From NCBI GenBank assembly GCA_001938485.1, contig MQRK01212342.1:1-50348 (forward strand): DNA of 50,348 nt, written 5' to 3'. The stretch comes from Girardia tigrina (Eukaryota). The position numbers and the translations under genes were made by a program. Position 1 is the stretch's first letter. Each line of letters starts with the position of its first letter. A model generated the notes under the pieces. It was given only the letters and a program-made list of their open reading frames with translations. It did no database searches and was not told the origin of the DNA. Positions 34,248 through 47,065 of the stretch are shown here, one piece after another.

Positions 34248-34690
34248 GTACCGTAGCCTTTGGGCCGTGGGTGCACTCAATTATGCACAAGTATATGACT
34301 TAGGTTTGCATATATATTGGAGTGTCTCAGTAGGCAAGGAACCTGGTGGCGCCTATCTCCTCTCCAGGTATGGAATGGCCGTAGGAGTTCAAATGGCTCC
34401 AAGGAATTCATATGCCCTTTGCTAGGTTTTGTTTTTCATCCTGCTAGGTGTCCACACACCTCTTCACCCAGGATGCTCTGCGTGAGGAAGCCGGTTTAGT
34501 CGCCAACTATTCGACCAAGGGACAGGTATTACAGGTTTACATGGTACCTGTAGCAGACAGATTGCCTGACCTGACCTATAGTCAATGGTCCCGCGATTTC
34601 CATATCGGTCACCCAAATAATTCCTTACGCAGCCGTTGGTTGCTTGACTCCGAGATCCGACGTACCCAACTGCGGCCATTTACTACATTA
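34248..34690 (-). mobile_element. GC-richer insertion, possibly non-LTR (RTE-like) 5'UTR or SINE
   Basis: Sharp GC rise and hairpin potential; motif GTAATACCTGTCCC...GGCGACTAAAC is reminiscent of RTE 5'UTRs (from recall only). Confidence 0.35.
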
Positions 34691-35012
34691 TATATTTGTT
34701 TTATATTAAAATTATTTATTTTATACGTTTTTTTTATTTTCATGTGTCATTTTTTTCTTTCTTTCATCTATATTTTTGTCTCTATTCGATTGTTTCGGTG
34801 TCGTGACAGTTATAGTACGCTGTATCTATCGTATAAAAAGTAAATTGTAAATGTTTTATTTTGGTCATTTTTCGTCTTGTATATTTTATACGTGAATGAA
34901 AGAAAATAATAAAGACGTTAAAGAAGAAGATACTGACAAGATCAAAAATTATATGAAAGTAAAGATAATTCAGTAAGAAGGGGTGAAGAGAAGCCAGGTT
35001 AAAATTCCCCCC

Positions 35013-35211
35013 TGTCGTAATTATATAATTAAAATTATATATTATATATTAATATTATATATTAATTATTTATTATGTATTAATTATATATTAAATTATA
35101 TATTAAAAATCAATATTATTGCATAGAAATATCAGAAAATAATAAAGCTTTAAGATTCAACCTTTTATCGCGTCCAAGCCAAATTAGAAAGTGGATTCAT
35201 GGGTCATTACA
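35013..35211 (-). mobile_element. Putative short solo LTR
   Basis: TGT...ACA termini; TGTAATGACCC start on the minus strand, similar to 7135-7680. Confidence 0.4.
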
Positions 35212-35799
35212 AACCTCCAAACCTATCAATAGACTTTTACACAAATAAACCCCCAATATAAACTTTACCGACACAAAATCTCAAAAATGGAAATGGTTAA
35301 TCAAAATCAAATATAATATTAAAAGATTGAATATATGTTCACAAAGCTTGAACCCCTATTTCAAGCCTAGTCACCCAGTTCTAAGAGGCCAAGAGTCTCT
35401 TTTTCATGTTTTAACAGAATTTTCTTTCGCTTTAAAATAACCTGATTCATCTACTCATTAGAACAAACCCAGATAACGAGTTGATCCAATTGGTACTCAC
35501 GCTTTACTAGTCAGAAACACTAGGACTTGCTTTAGATAAATTTAAAGTCAAATTTTTGACTTAATTTTTGTTGGAGTATAGAGGTGATTTTATTAATTAT
35601 AAAAGAATAAAAACAAAAGAAAATTATTTTCAAAATATAATTGTTTATATACAGTTGTTACAATAGGTTTCAATAAAAGAACCTTGACTTAGAGTTAATT
35701 AGTTTGGATAGTTTGTGGGACAATTGATATCCTCGCATTTTCAATTTAGGTAAATAGAAAATATAAAAATGTATTATATAGATTATATTTCTATCATTC

Positions 35800-36885
35800 G
35801 TTAAAAATGGATGTAGATACATCTTGGGAATTATTGATAACTTTTCAAAATACCCCATGCTGATACCGCTGAGAAATATGACTTCGAAAACGATATGCAA
35901 ATCCATATTTGACTAGTGGATCGTGCAATTTGGAATCCCGGACAGGATACACTCAGATAGAGGGACTGCTTTTGAGAGCGAGATCGTACAGGAACTTTGT
36001 GCTCTTCTCGGAATAAGAAAATCTCGGAGCTCACAATATTATCCTCAAGGTGACGGGATAATTGAGAGACTATTTGGTACAGCAAAAGACATGCTTTACG
36101 CAACAGCGAAGTCATCTGGATGTGAATGGGAAGAGGCCATCCCATTTGTTGAATTTGGATTAAGAAATACAATTTGTAGAAGCACTGGATTCTCTCCCTT
36201 CGAGGTGATTTTTGGTCGGAAAATGAGGTCTTTCTACTCGAAATAGAAAGTGAGTCCAGCAAATGATGGAAACTATTGCAAATATATCACATAGCTTCAA
36301 CAAGTGTTACAAGTGGTGAGCCAACATATCAAGACCAAACAAGAAATTAAAAAACCAGCTACATCAGGTTCAGGGGGTTGTCTGGCAATTGGTGATCTAG
36401 TGCTGGCTAGAATACTACCGCAAATCAAAGGAATCGATATGCCGAGATACGAAGGGCCATATGCGGTGATCAGTAACATGGGGAAGCATGCGTACAGATT
36501 AAAAAGGATTAGTGATGGAAGAATAATTGAGAGAAATGTGGTGGATATCAAAAGATTGAAAACACCACAAAATGACACGAGAAAATCAGAAAAGGCTACA
36601 ACAATTATGTCAAAAAGTATCAAAAATGATCATCATGATGTACATGAAGAAGACCAGATGCCAGAGGAAGATCGACGGAATATTAATGAAACAAGAGTGA
36701 GACGTAATCCAGTTTGAGACCGACAGAAGCCTAAAAGATACAGAAATTAAGTTGTCGAACAGGGCGAGTGTGGAATAATTATTTAATTATTAATGTATTT
36801 TAATGTGTGTGTTGTTTTAATAATCATTATTGTAAACTGTTAATTCAAATAAATTTTTCTTAGTTGGATATTCTCTTTCACAACA
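35800..36885 (+). mobile_element. Gypsy LTR retrotransposon 3' fragment (integrase, PPT, short LTR)
   Basis: YILGIIDNFSKY...FGIPDRIHSDRGTAFES...YPQGDGIIER...TGFSPFEVIFG...YEGPY with stops; AGGGCGAG precedes TGTGG...CAACA (36769-36885). Confidence 0.85.
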
Positions 36886-37005
36886 CCTATTTTTCAAGGC
36901 TTTTTCCTCTTCAAAATCTTTTGGTTGTCTGTACAGTTTCACCAGTACAGGTTCTCCATTCATTTCTATCTTGTGCTTGGTTAACAAAGTTTTCCCAATA
37001 TCCTA
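36886..37005 (-). mobile_element. Gypsy pol fragment (pre-RT region)
   Basis: DIGKTLLTKHKIEMNGEPVLVKLYRQP. Confidence 0.6.
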
Positions 37006-37163
37006 TTTATACCAAAATTTATTATATGATACCAAATTAATTTATTTAGTACTGTAAAATAATCTATTTATCAATCTTTTGATAGTGATAAATACATTGT
37101 TTTTACGAAAAATAAATACACCAAACTAACCTAATCACTAAATTAAGTGAATTTAGTATATAA

Positions 37164-37775
37164 TGTGTAATTAAATAAAAGGTAAAATCTATCGAGCAAA
37201 TATTTATTAACTTAAATTTCCGCCAACCGTGAGTTTATTTAAGCAACTCTTCGTTTCATTTATTCAATTATTCTCTTCATCACACGCCCTCGTTTTGTCA
37301 TCATCATCCATTTCGTAGTCACTGAACCATCCGGGGACGCGACGCGCTCTCCTGGTCGGCCTTCTACTAACCTCGAAATTGGCTCGCAAATCTCCTCATT
37401 ACTCAGCATTTCAGTATCCGCTAAATTGGGACTATCTCCACGCTTCTAGATTGCATTCATCCTATTCAACTGTGTTTCTACTGGGATCCGTCTCAAATCA
37501 GCCACGTGTCTGGGAATCCCGTTCACATCAACTGACATCTCAGAGTTAACCCGAGATACCACCCCCCTTGTCCACCGTGACGTGCATCGTGCATCAGCCG
37601 GTTTTACAAACACTTTATCCCCAGGCACAAAAACGGTCTTGTTTTGTTGTTCATTCGATAATTTCATCGTCGGAAACCGTCATTCATACGTAAAAACACT
37701 ATTGCTAGGAACTGAATCGCTCCTCAGCCCCTTGTTCGGTGTCAAGTTATAATAATACACCATCTCTAGCACATT
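37164..37775 (-). mobile_element. Gypsy-like 3' fragment (integrase C-terminus and ~120-bp LTR)
   Basis: YYNLTP...PGDKVFVKP..RCTSRW..G...DVNGIPRHVADLR; GAGGGCG precedes TGTGATGAAG...TAATTACA. Confidence 0.8.
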
Positions 37776-38441
37776 TCTTCATTTTTTCAGACGAAAGGTT
37801 TTCTTGTGTTGGTGCACTGAGGAAGAATTGGGTGAAATGGGTTTATATTGGTTCTGAAAAGGTGTATATTCCTACGTCAGGTCAAGGGAAATAAAGTTTT
37901 TAAAAAAGCATTTAAAGTTATTTTTAAATAAAAGATTAAAAAAAAATTTTTTGAAATTAAAGTTAAATAATAATATTTATATATGATTTAGTATTAACCC
38001 TCTCTAGTCAGCATATATTCTTAAGCTTCAACAAAAATATGTTTTGTAAAGAAAGTTACAGCAAGAACTGATCATAAAGTAATAATGAAAACAATGTTGC
38101 TACACAACAGCAATTTGTGTGAATGGTTCTAATCATAAAATAGGTCTACAATTGAAATTTATTAAGAGATTACGCTTTATTTAATTGTTGCAAATTTGCA
38201 ACAAATGTCTGGAAAGGTTTAAAATGTGTAAAGTTTCTTTTGTAAAAAACTCAATCGTTGAAAATTCTGGTAATTTCTGGCCCTGTTTTAACGCATAATT
38301 TTTTGTTTGGTGCAAAGAAAAAAATTTTAATTGCATAAAAAATAAATTTTGTTGCACTTTAATTTCGTTTTACGTATCGGTAGGGATATTTTAAAATTGC
38401 TAAAATCTGAGTAATACGATTAGATAGCAAATTTGCTAGGG

Positions 38442-38908
38442 CAGTGTATCTTAAACTGTGGGTTGCGACCCTCTTTGAGGTCGCGGCGCGAAGTTTAGGG
38501 GTGGCTAAGATTTATTTTTAATTTTTATTTTAAATATTCATATTGTAATATAAAATAACAAATTATTTATTAAAAATTTTAATACTAAAAGTAATAATAT
38601 CTCATAAATAATAGTATTATAAGTATCATGATCAATTTTAATACAAGAATTATTTACTATTGTAAAAAATTTCTTTTTTTGTATTTCTTTTGTGAGTATT
38701 TAATTTGTATTATGAGTTTCTCGTAATTTGTGACTATTTTATTACTAAAAGTTATTATTTATAAAAATTATTTATTAAAATTTTTATTTTTTGTTTAAAT
38801 GCACTAATTACTACATTTAAATATAACGATGGTTAAGAACAACCTGTTTGTTTGATTTGCAATGAATTTGTGGCCACAGAAAGTATGAAACCATTAAAAT
38901 CGAAGCAT
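38442..38908 (+). mobile_element. hAT Buster/Charlie-type 5' fragment
   Basis: CAGTGTATCTTAAACTGTGGGTTGCGACCC terminus; PVCLICNEFVATESMKPLK N-terminal zinc-finger motif; truncated by the Gypsy fragment. Confidence 0.75.
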
Positions 38909-39857
38909 GCTGTGAGATTGGGAGTCACGAATAACTGGGAACGCCTTGCGTGTGATATAACTAACCATGGTAGGATGATTTATTTCTCTTGTGTTGATTG
39001 TGAGCCAAGTCAGTTTGCAATTTGGAGACGGTTAAAGAACGAGAGGACCGAATGTGTGGTGGAAACATTAAATGAAATATTCAGAGAGGGGACCACCTAC
39101 CGAATGGTTGTGCGACAATGGCAAATGTTTCCGATCGGATAAATTTCAAAGCTTACGTAATACTTGGAAAGTAATAGTTACATACCGTTGCACTTACAGA
39201 CCCTTTGGAAATGGTATCGTTGAGAGGAATCAGAGGCCGATAAAGAGAATGGCAGCGAGATCTGGAGGCGATGTGTTGGATATGATGTTCTACTACAATA
39301 TTACACCAAAAAGCTGGACAACAAAAGTGAATCAGCTCCCAGTAATGGAACCTATTCGTACGATTGGCGTCTTCCGATGGTTAAGCCGGAGGAAAAATGT
39401 TCTTACAGGGCCGATTTCAAATTAGGTAACCGAGTCTACATGAAACCCGGCGGAGCGCGATGCATAACTTAGTGGCAGAGAGGTATCGTGTAGCGAGTCA
39501 ACTCTGGAACATCAGTTGAAGTGGATGGTGTCCCGTGGCATGTAGCAGATCTGTGACGTGAGACACCAGAGCTGGAAAATATGCTTACCAGAGGAGTAAC
39601 ACGAGAATGAATCGGCAACTGAGAAGGGTGAGCTGTTAGATGAAGACATTCAGTCACCGAAGAGACCGAAAAGGATTCGTAGACCGCCCGGTTGACTCAC
39701 AGACTACATAATGAATGATGATGAGATTTCGGGGGCGTGTGATAAGGACAATTAATTAATGTTGCTTAAATAAACGGAATTTAGGAGAAATTTAAAAATA
39801 TGTGAAAGTTCACGACAAAATAAATTTTAGTCTCAATTGTCTTATTTTTTAATTACA
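38909..39857 (+). mobile_element. Gypsy-like 3' fragment (integrase and ~120-bp LTR), related to 37164-37775
   Basis: WERLACDIT...ERGPPTEWLCDNG...YRPFGNGIVER...YYNITP...VDGVPWHVADL; GGGGGCG precedes TGTGATAAGG...TAATTACA. Confidence 0.85.
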
Positions 39858-41149
39858 TATCTGAAGTAATTTTCGTAATTTTTCAAATCTAAATTTCAAG
39901 CGTCATTGAATACTAAATGAAATTTTTGTTGATTTATCGTGTCGTAAACGGTGTTTGTCGAATCAGAAGCAATATTATCGTCTGGCGATTCTCCGAGCTC
40001 AAGGACTCGAAATCCTTTCCACTTTCAGCATTCGATGGCAAAATAGACACAATTCAAAAATTGTCGCTCTAAAAAGAATTATTGAAATAAGCCAATTCTC
40101 TGTAGCACAGCGATAAGAGTTACATGAAAAGACAACTTTTCCATCAATGACATAAAAATATGTCAGAAAATGTAAATACAACACTCTTATCTTTAGATCT
40201 ATGTAGTAAACCTTCTTAAACCTTCATAAATCCAATAAGTAAAGAAACAACATCTGAATCGAAGAAGATAGTTGAGAAAAGAGTCAATCCAAATTATATA
40301 AGAAAGCTCGAAAAAGATCTAGTCATTTCAGTGATTACAAGTATGCGTCAAAGAAAAAGGCTCACCAATTATCAAATGATTCCAAGACGGAGAAAACAAA
40401 TTACGTAGATCAGACAAGTTCAGATCAGTCCAGACTTTTAGTATCGAGTAGAAAAGACACAGATGCAATGACTTAAAGTGATAACTGAAACGAACAAGAC
40501 TTCATTCGATTCCATCGAACCATTCGTTGTGCTTGATCTATTGTTCATGGAAAAAAATGATTAACAAGCTTGACAAAAAAAATAATATTCTTGTTGATTT
40601 ATTTGAACAGATCTGATTTAATTTAATTTCAAATGGATCGCAGAATGTTTGTCAGTTGTGTGATTGCAAAAGCGTGTGTGTTACTAAAACAGTCAAATTA
40701 GCGAGATATCTCAACTAAGAACTGTAATTGGAATAATTCGAGTTTTCAAGTGGTGTGTATATGTATGTGTGTTTTGTCGAAAGCGATTTTTATAGTGGTG
40801 TTTGGTTTGGCGAAATTTAAAAAAGAATAAATTGGAATCGAATTTTGTTTAAATTTATATAATGAATTTTGTTGACGCGAATTATTGTCGGCACAATTTG
40901 AATTTTGTGAGCAGCCATATTTTTTTGAAATCGTGTTATTTGTATTAATTTGTTAAAATAAATATTTTTGGCGCGAAATTTTTTTTATTTTATTTTGTTG
41001 AGATAATTCGCCATTTGTTGTGAGTTTTCCGAATTACTTTGAAAATTAGTTCCTATCAAGAATCCGAAGATATTTCTGAATACAGACGTGTCTAACCTTC
41101 AAACATTAAGCGTGAAACCGATCGATTTAAAAGTGTTCATCCATAAATT

Positions 41150-41750
41150 TATGCTAGTTATGATCATTTGAATCGGATTTCTTAATTGAAAGAGTTCAAT
41201 CGGATTGGAGAATTTATACATTGCATTGAGGATTCTTTCATTGATAGTCTGGAATGGACACGTACTCATGGAATAAATAAAATGCGGCGGGAGAGCTTGG
41301 TGGCAGTTTTAATTGGAAAGTCGTCACTAATTCATCGATACGTGACGGGAACTTATATTCAAAATGAATAAAACGGAGATAGCCATTTTGGAAGGAGGCG
41401 AATTTGGACGGTGATGATGGTTGGTTGATATCGCTCCGTGATGATGGTATTGAGCCGCCTGATTCTCCGTTTTCCAATTGCGTCGACGGTGTGAGATTTG
41501 TATTCAGTTTCGACAAAGAGGGAAGCCTAAATGTTCGTTATAAATTTCATGAGCAACTTTTCAAGTTAGTAAACAGCACAATTGGTGGTGAACTTCTATG
41601 TATTCTTGGCGGGACTCAGGATTGCATAAGTGAATCAACTCCTCGAGTCAATGATGATTCCAAAACCCTTAAACTTGCTGCAGATTTAAAACTGAGTGCC
41701 TATTGAAAGTTGAAATGTTGAAATGTTGAAAAGATTTTCCAAGGAGGAGC
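41150..41750 (+). pseudogene. AGAP1: AGAP/centaurin-gamma GTPase-like domain pseudogene fragment
   Basis: IEDSFIDSLEWT, GKSSLIHRYVTGTYIQNE, VDGVRFVFSF, GTQDCISESTPRV..D...KLAADLK and NVEKIFQ match the AGAP N-terminal GLD; stops and frameshifts; no PH or ArfGAP part. The symbol denotes the family, not orthology. Confidence 0.85.
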
Positions 41751-41789
41751 TACATCTCATGATAAGGTACTAAATTTTTACTCCCCTCG

Positions 41790-44700
41790 ACCCGAAAACC
41801 TTTTTGATGATGCTGCAGCCACGCTGTGCACGTTCTGTCAACAGTTCGAATAATCTAAAGAACGTGCTATTTCATAATTAATGTTTATAGTTGCTAGTCT
41901 ATTTAGTCGGTCCTGAAGCATTGTGGAGCGCAGATAATTTTTAAATCTTTTCAAACACTAAATGATCTCTCACTTTCTGCAACACTCACCGTCAAGGTTA
42001 AAAAAATTCGGAGCAAAATCGCTACATGAGGAAATATGTTAACAGATCCTAGGTTGTTAATTTCTTTAAGTAATTGCACTGGCTTTGTGCTAAGTTTAAA
42101 GTTGGATTTATTAACACGCTTCAACGTTATTAACTCTTCTAAAATTTCATCGCTTATTTCATTTTTATATTTCTGTAGCAATGATTTCCTCTTTAAAATT
42201 ATACATTCCTCATTCATTTCATTGAATTTCCATAAAACTTCAAAATAGCTGCAAATTAAAGCAATTGCTTGAAATCGACGCGTAAGTCCATCTATTATCG
42301 AATTTATAATTTTATTAAAATCATTTAAATGGAAATATTCTTCAGCAGAAGTTTGGCTCTTTGATTGCCGATTTATTTCAAATTCCGGAGTGATTTCATT
42401 TTCACTTGCATTTTTTTACATTCATCAAGAACAGATTTCCATGTTTTCTTCAGTTGTTCCATATTTGTAATTAGATTCTCAAAATTATCTTCTTCTACAT
42501 TTAATGTTGCATTACGAGATTCGATAATAAGATTAGTTTAATGTAATTACACTAGAATTTTTAGCCAAACTGTAGACATAAGAACATACTCAAATTTCGT
42601 CAAGTATTTTTTAAAAGCAGGAATCTGTATTTGTACACTGACGGGAAGTCTTTCTGAATCAATTTCAATGAGAACAGATTGCAAAGATTTAAAATTTCCG
42701 GCCACTGGTTTTACATCTTATAATGTTGCTGACCATCGTGTTTTTGAAATATCATGCAAGGAATAGCCTGCAAATTGTTTTTTCAAAATTTCCCACCTAT
42801 TTGGACTTCCACTAAAAAAATTAAAAATTTGCTGAATAGTACCAAAAAATTAATTTCTTTTTTGCAAGATTCTGCGTAATTCACTCCAACAAGATTCAAA
42901 GTGTGGTTTCCACAACCAGAGAATGTACAATTGCTATTTTCTAGCAAAAGGATTGCTTGGACTCCATTATACTTTCCTGCCATATTGGCTCCGTTTTCAT
43001 AACCTTGTCCAACACATTTTTTTAAAATCCAATTTTAATTCTTTTAACAATTATAAAAGCCTAGTTGCAATTTCTTTACCTGTTTTTTTCAGAAAAATTA
43101 TCGAAGCATATGAAACGTTCTTCAATTGAAAACTCCAGTTCCCTTAACTTTACGTAACGAATAATTAATATCATTTATTCCTTATGAGATGAATCAGGAG
43201 TTGCATCAGCAATAATGGCAAAATATTTTTCTTTTTAAATTCTTCAATAATTACATTTTGAACAAATGAGGTGCAGATATTAATTAACTGATTTTGTAAT
43301 CTAGATGAAAGATAATGAACCTGCATTCTTTTTTTTCTTCTCGTGCAGTCTGAACTTTTGAAACATGCTCCGCTAATATCGGATCGTATTTACTCAATAG
43401 TTCAACTAATCCAAGAAAATTTCCATTATGTGGACTTCCAATTCGTGAGACATCCGAAAAATGACAGCCCTCTTTCCGATAGGAAAAATATTATATCAAG
43501 GTAACGCTCCAATAGCTTTTTCTAATGATTTTTTGATCATTGATTTCTTTAATAAGCAAGTTTTCTGTTCCTCTATCAGCTAGAATTCTTTTATGAGAAT
43601 TTTTCCATGAAACATAATTTTCCTTATGTGTAAAACAGTTTTCGTAAGATGAAATACGGTCATATAACTTTTTCCAACTTTTTTGAATGGTGTACCCGAG
43701 TGGATTTTTAAAATTTGAACACGGAAATGATTTCTTATTTAGAATTTAACATGGTACACAATAAATGGATTAATTTTTAATACTCCAACATAGTCAATCT
43801 CTCTTACAAATTTTGCCGTTTGGAAGCTTTTTTGAAAGAAAACACTGTATGGAAATGTACGATTTGATGCATCTTTTCAATGTTTTGAGGAAATTCAAAT
43901 CGTTTAATTTTCAAAAATGAATTCAATTGTCCGGAATTTTTTTTCAAGTATTCCAATATCAGAAATAATGAAGGTTGTAATATTTAGTTCGGGTTCTGCA
44001 TCTAAATTAGTTTCTTGAAATTCCGTTTCGGCTCTCCTGGCCCCACAATCTTCATTTGGCAAATTTACATCAAGTTCTAATTCAATTACGTTTGTATTTG
44101 TTACTTCTGTTCTATTTATACTGTTTTTTCTGATCTGTTACAGCTGCATCACTATTTCTGGTGCTTTCTTTTTCAAAAAATGTTTCTGTATTGGCTGTTG
44201 TCGTTTCACTGCTAAAAAACTTGTTATAGGGTTGCATCCGATAAAAATATATACCAAAGTATAAAAAAATTAAGTAGGATCCCATTTTTTAAAACGGGCT
44301 AACTCGCTAGTTAACCATAAAATTATTATAAATTATTTGGACAACTGCCTTTCAGTGAGTTTTTTAGCCACCAATTATTTTCAAAAGAAGTAGTCGTCTA
44401 GTATGTAATTCATAAACCTTTCATTCTTTTATTTTGAGCATTTACATAATAGGAAAAGATAAGAAAAATTAAAATTGTTCAAAAATAAAATTGTTACAAA
44501 ATAAAATATCTTTTTATTACGAATGTAGACAGAAAGCAAAATAAAAATTGTCGTAAACTTTGTATGGCTAAAAAATTGTAAAATTGATTTAAAGTAGCTT
44601 TGATTGAGTTAACTTTTTCGAGTAAAAAAATCACCAAAAATTTTATGACTTTCTCAATATTGCGATAAAAGGTTTTAGTAATTCAACTTTTTTCATGGTG

Positions 44701-44878
44701 AATTGTCGTAAATTGTCATTGGGACTTACGCACAAATGAAAATATTTAACATTCTCTTCACTGAAGACATATTCTCCAATTGAAATATTTTGTTTAAAAT
44801 ATTGAGTGGTTAATTTGAGGCCCCGCAGATAGTGTGGCCCAGGGCAAATGCCCCTCTTGCCCTCTCTGACAGTGCCTG
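41790..44878 (-). mobile_element. hAT (Tip100/ZMYM1-like) transposon, degraded transposase, one terminus
   Basis: GNFLGLVELLSKYDP, YFAIIADATPDSSH, MAGKYNGVQ, CGNHTLNL, TRWS and SVAESERSFS motifs; terminus CAGGCACTGTCAGAGAGGGC...GCCCTGGGCC at 44878. Confidence 0.88.
44225..44311 (+). mobile_element. Possible Helitron 3' end
   Basis: ACGGGCTAACTCG weak hairpin followed by CTAG-T. Confidence 0.3.
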
Positions 44879-44998
44879 AAATTGGTAATAATATTTTTTA
44901 ATTTTTCCTTAATTCCTTACTTAATACTTAAATAATTTAATTATCGGATTAATTAATATCTCAAATTATCTCATTAAAAATAGCAAATACAGGGTTTA

Positions 44999-46325
44999 CA
45001 ACTTAATTTAAATATTTACTATGTTATCTTAAATACCAAACTTCACGTAAATACTTTTAAACTTAATTTAAATACTTTCAAGCTTAATTTAAATACTTTC
45101 AAACTTATTTTAAATATGCATAAAATAATGATTACTGAAGTCAAAAGGATCAAAACAATACATTTAATCATTTATTTAAAACTCTTCTCTTCTTAGTCCT
45201 TTTACATCAAAATCGCTGAAGTGATTGAAAAAGCCAATACAGTCCTCTTCCGTTATCCTCGACATTCCACTACTAATTGCATTGATTAGATCGCCACGAG
45301 TATTCGCATTTGAATCTTTTATCAAGGATTTCCATTTAGAAAATGTTTCTTCAATGAGATTGAGTTGTGGACTATACGGTGGTATGAAAAACAGCACGTG
45401 TCCTTGGCTTTGAATCAGTTCGCGGATAGCTTCTCCTTTGTGGAGGCTGCAATTGTCCATTATTATAGTAACATGAACCATTTGTTCCATCCGGATTTTG
45501 TTCAAAAGATTGGATAAAAAAGTTATGAAACTTTCACGGCTATATACAGATTCTCTGGTATCATGTAATAAAATCATCCTCTTACAGATGGCAGCACACA
45601 CCGAAAAATTCTTAGACCGAATAGCACGAACTTGCTTTCGAGCCGTTGTTCCAATTATGCTTCTGCCAAACTTTCACCTTGTTGAGCAGCTCACGCCGAA
45701 TTCGTCGATAAAAACGATATTGGAATCATCCATTCTCAGATACCTTTCACAATACGCCTCCCGTGTGTTTATGTTGCCTTCGATGTTTCGCCTTTCGGAC
45801 ACTAACACAACTCTTTTAAGTGTGTAGTGGAGGTCTTTAAGTGCATTTTCGATCGTTGTAGTCGAACAAGATATATTAAAATGGGTATGTAATTTTACTT
45901 TTATAGCCTGTAATGTTAAAGATACATCACGATCAACCTCTTCTCTGATGAAAGTCCTCATTTCGGAATTAAATAATTTCTTTCGAGGTGGACGAATGCT
46001 TTTTGTTTCAATACGACCAGTCTTTTGGTATAATCGGATGATAGAAATTACAGTATTTTGATTTATTTCCAGCTCTTCCGATATTTGCTTAATGCTAATA
46101 TTATTCTCGTATTTTCTTATTATAAGTGTTCTTTCACAGTTTGTAATCCATCTTATCATTATTCTTGCATTATAAAATCTAAATAAAAAATCCAATATCT
46201 TAATGATGTAAATAAAGTTTGAAAGTATTTAAATTAAGCTTGAAAGTATTTAAATTAAGTTTAAAAGTATTTACGTGAAGTTTAGTCGTATCTAAGATAA
46301 CATAGTAAATATTTAAATTAAGTTG
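44999..46325 (-). mobile_element. IS630/Tc1 superfamily DD34E (Gambol-like) transposon, full length, one in-frame stop
   Basis: ~110-bp TIRs with internal direct repeats; TA TSD; FIDE, MDN and PPYSPQLNLIE motifs (D34E); ORFs 45674..46195 and 45176..45601 are in the same frame. Confidence 0.92.
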
Positions 46326-47065
46326 TAATAATTATTATTTATAATATTACTTGAATGAATAAAAAGTGTTTTGATTTGAGTTCTTATTTCATAATTTTAA
46401 TGAAACCTTTATTTTAACAAACTAAATACTATCCTTTCTTATATCTTTGTTTCTTAATTAATAATTTTTATACAGTAAAAAACACAAATATCAAAATTCA
46501 AATAATATTTTATATAATAACTTTCAATATATAAAGTCATCTTTAAGACATTACACAATACAAAGACAAAATTCCTAGAAAATTAATATAGTAATTAAAC
46601 GCGCCATTCGATTTCTTTAAAAATCCATAAAAGAAAGTACAAATGATAAAGTGTAACAAGATGAGCAACATTCGCGTCTCTTTATAAAAATTTTGGTAAC
46701 CGTTAAATGAAACAAAAAACATCTTTTGAGCAAAATTCTTTACGAAAAATATTCATTTTACAATCTGATCAAGTCAAATCAGAGTCAGGATTACCGATGA
46801 ATTGATAGACTAATCGTTGTCCACTTATCTTTCGCATTATATTCCTGGCATAGTAATACCTGAAGAGATACAATCATTGAATAAAGGTTTTATTTGTTAT
46901 ATAATATTACATTTTTAAATATTTTTTATGTTATTAGTTACTATTTAATTGCAAAATGGAGTTGTAAAAATTTTTATGAAACTTTCCCTTCTACAAAAGG
47001 TTTAAACTTAGTTACTAATAACATAATAAATTTATTTAAATAATCATGCCAGATAATGTTTGGTG

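Noticed and set aside
35212-35560. Possible minus-strand LINE RT remnant (TRYLGL)
   Set aside because: A single short motif among many stops.
37998-38219. TTAA-CCC piggyBac-like MITE
   Set aside because: The terminal repeats match only partly, so it is left uncalled.
41150-41750. Functional small GTPase gene
   Set aside because: In-frame stops and frameshifts that no evident introns resolve; called a pseudogene instead.
45000-45115. Spaced AACTTAATTTAAATA repeats resembling a CRISPR array
   Set aside because: They are direct repeats inside a transposon TIR, mirrored at the other end; eukaryotic context with no cas genes.
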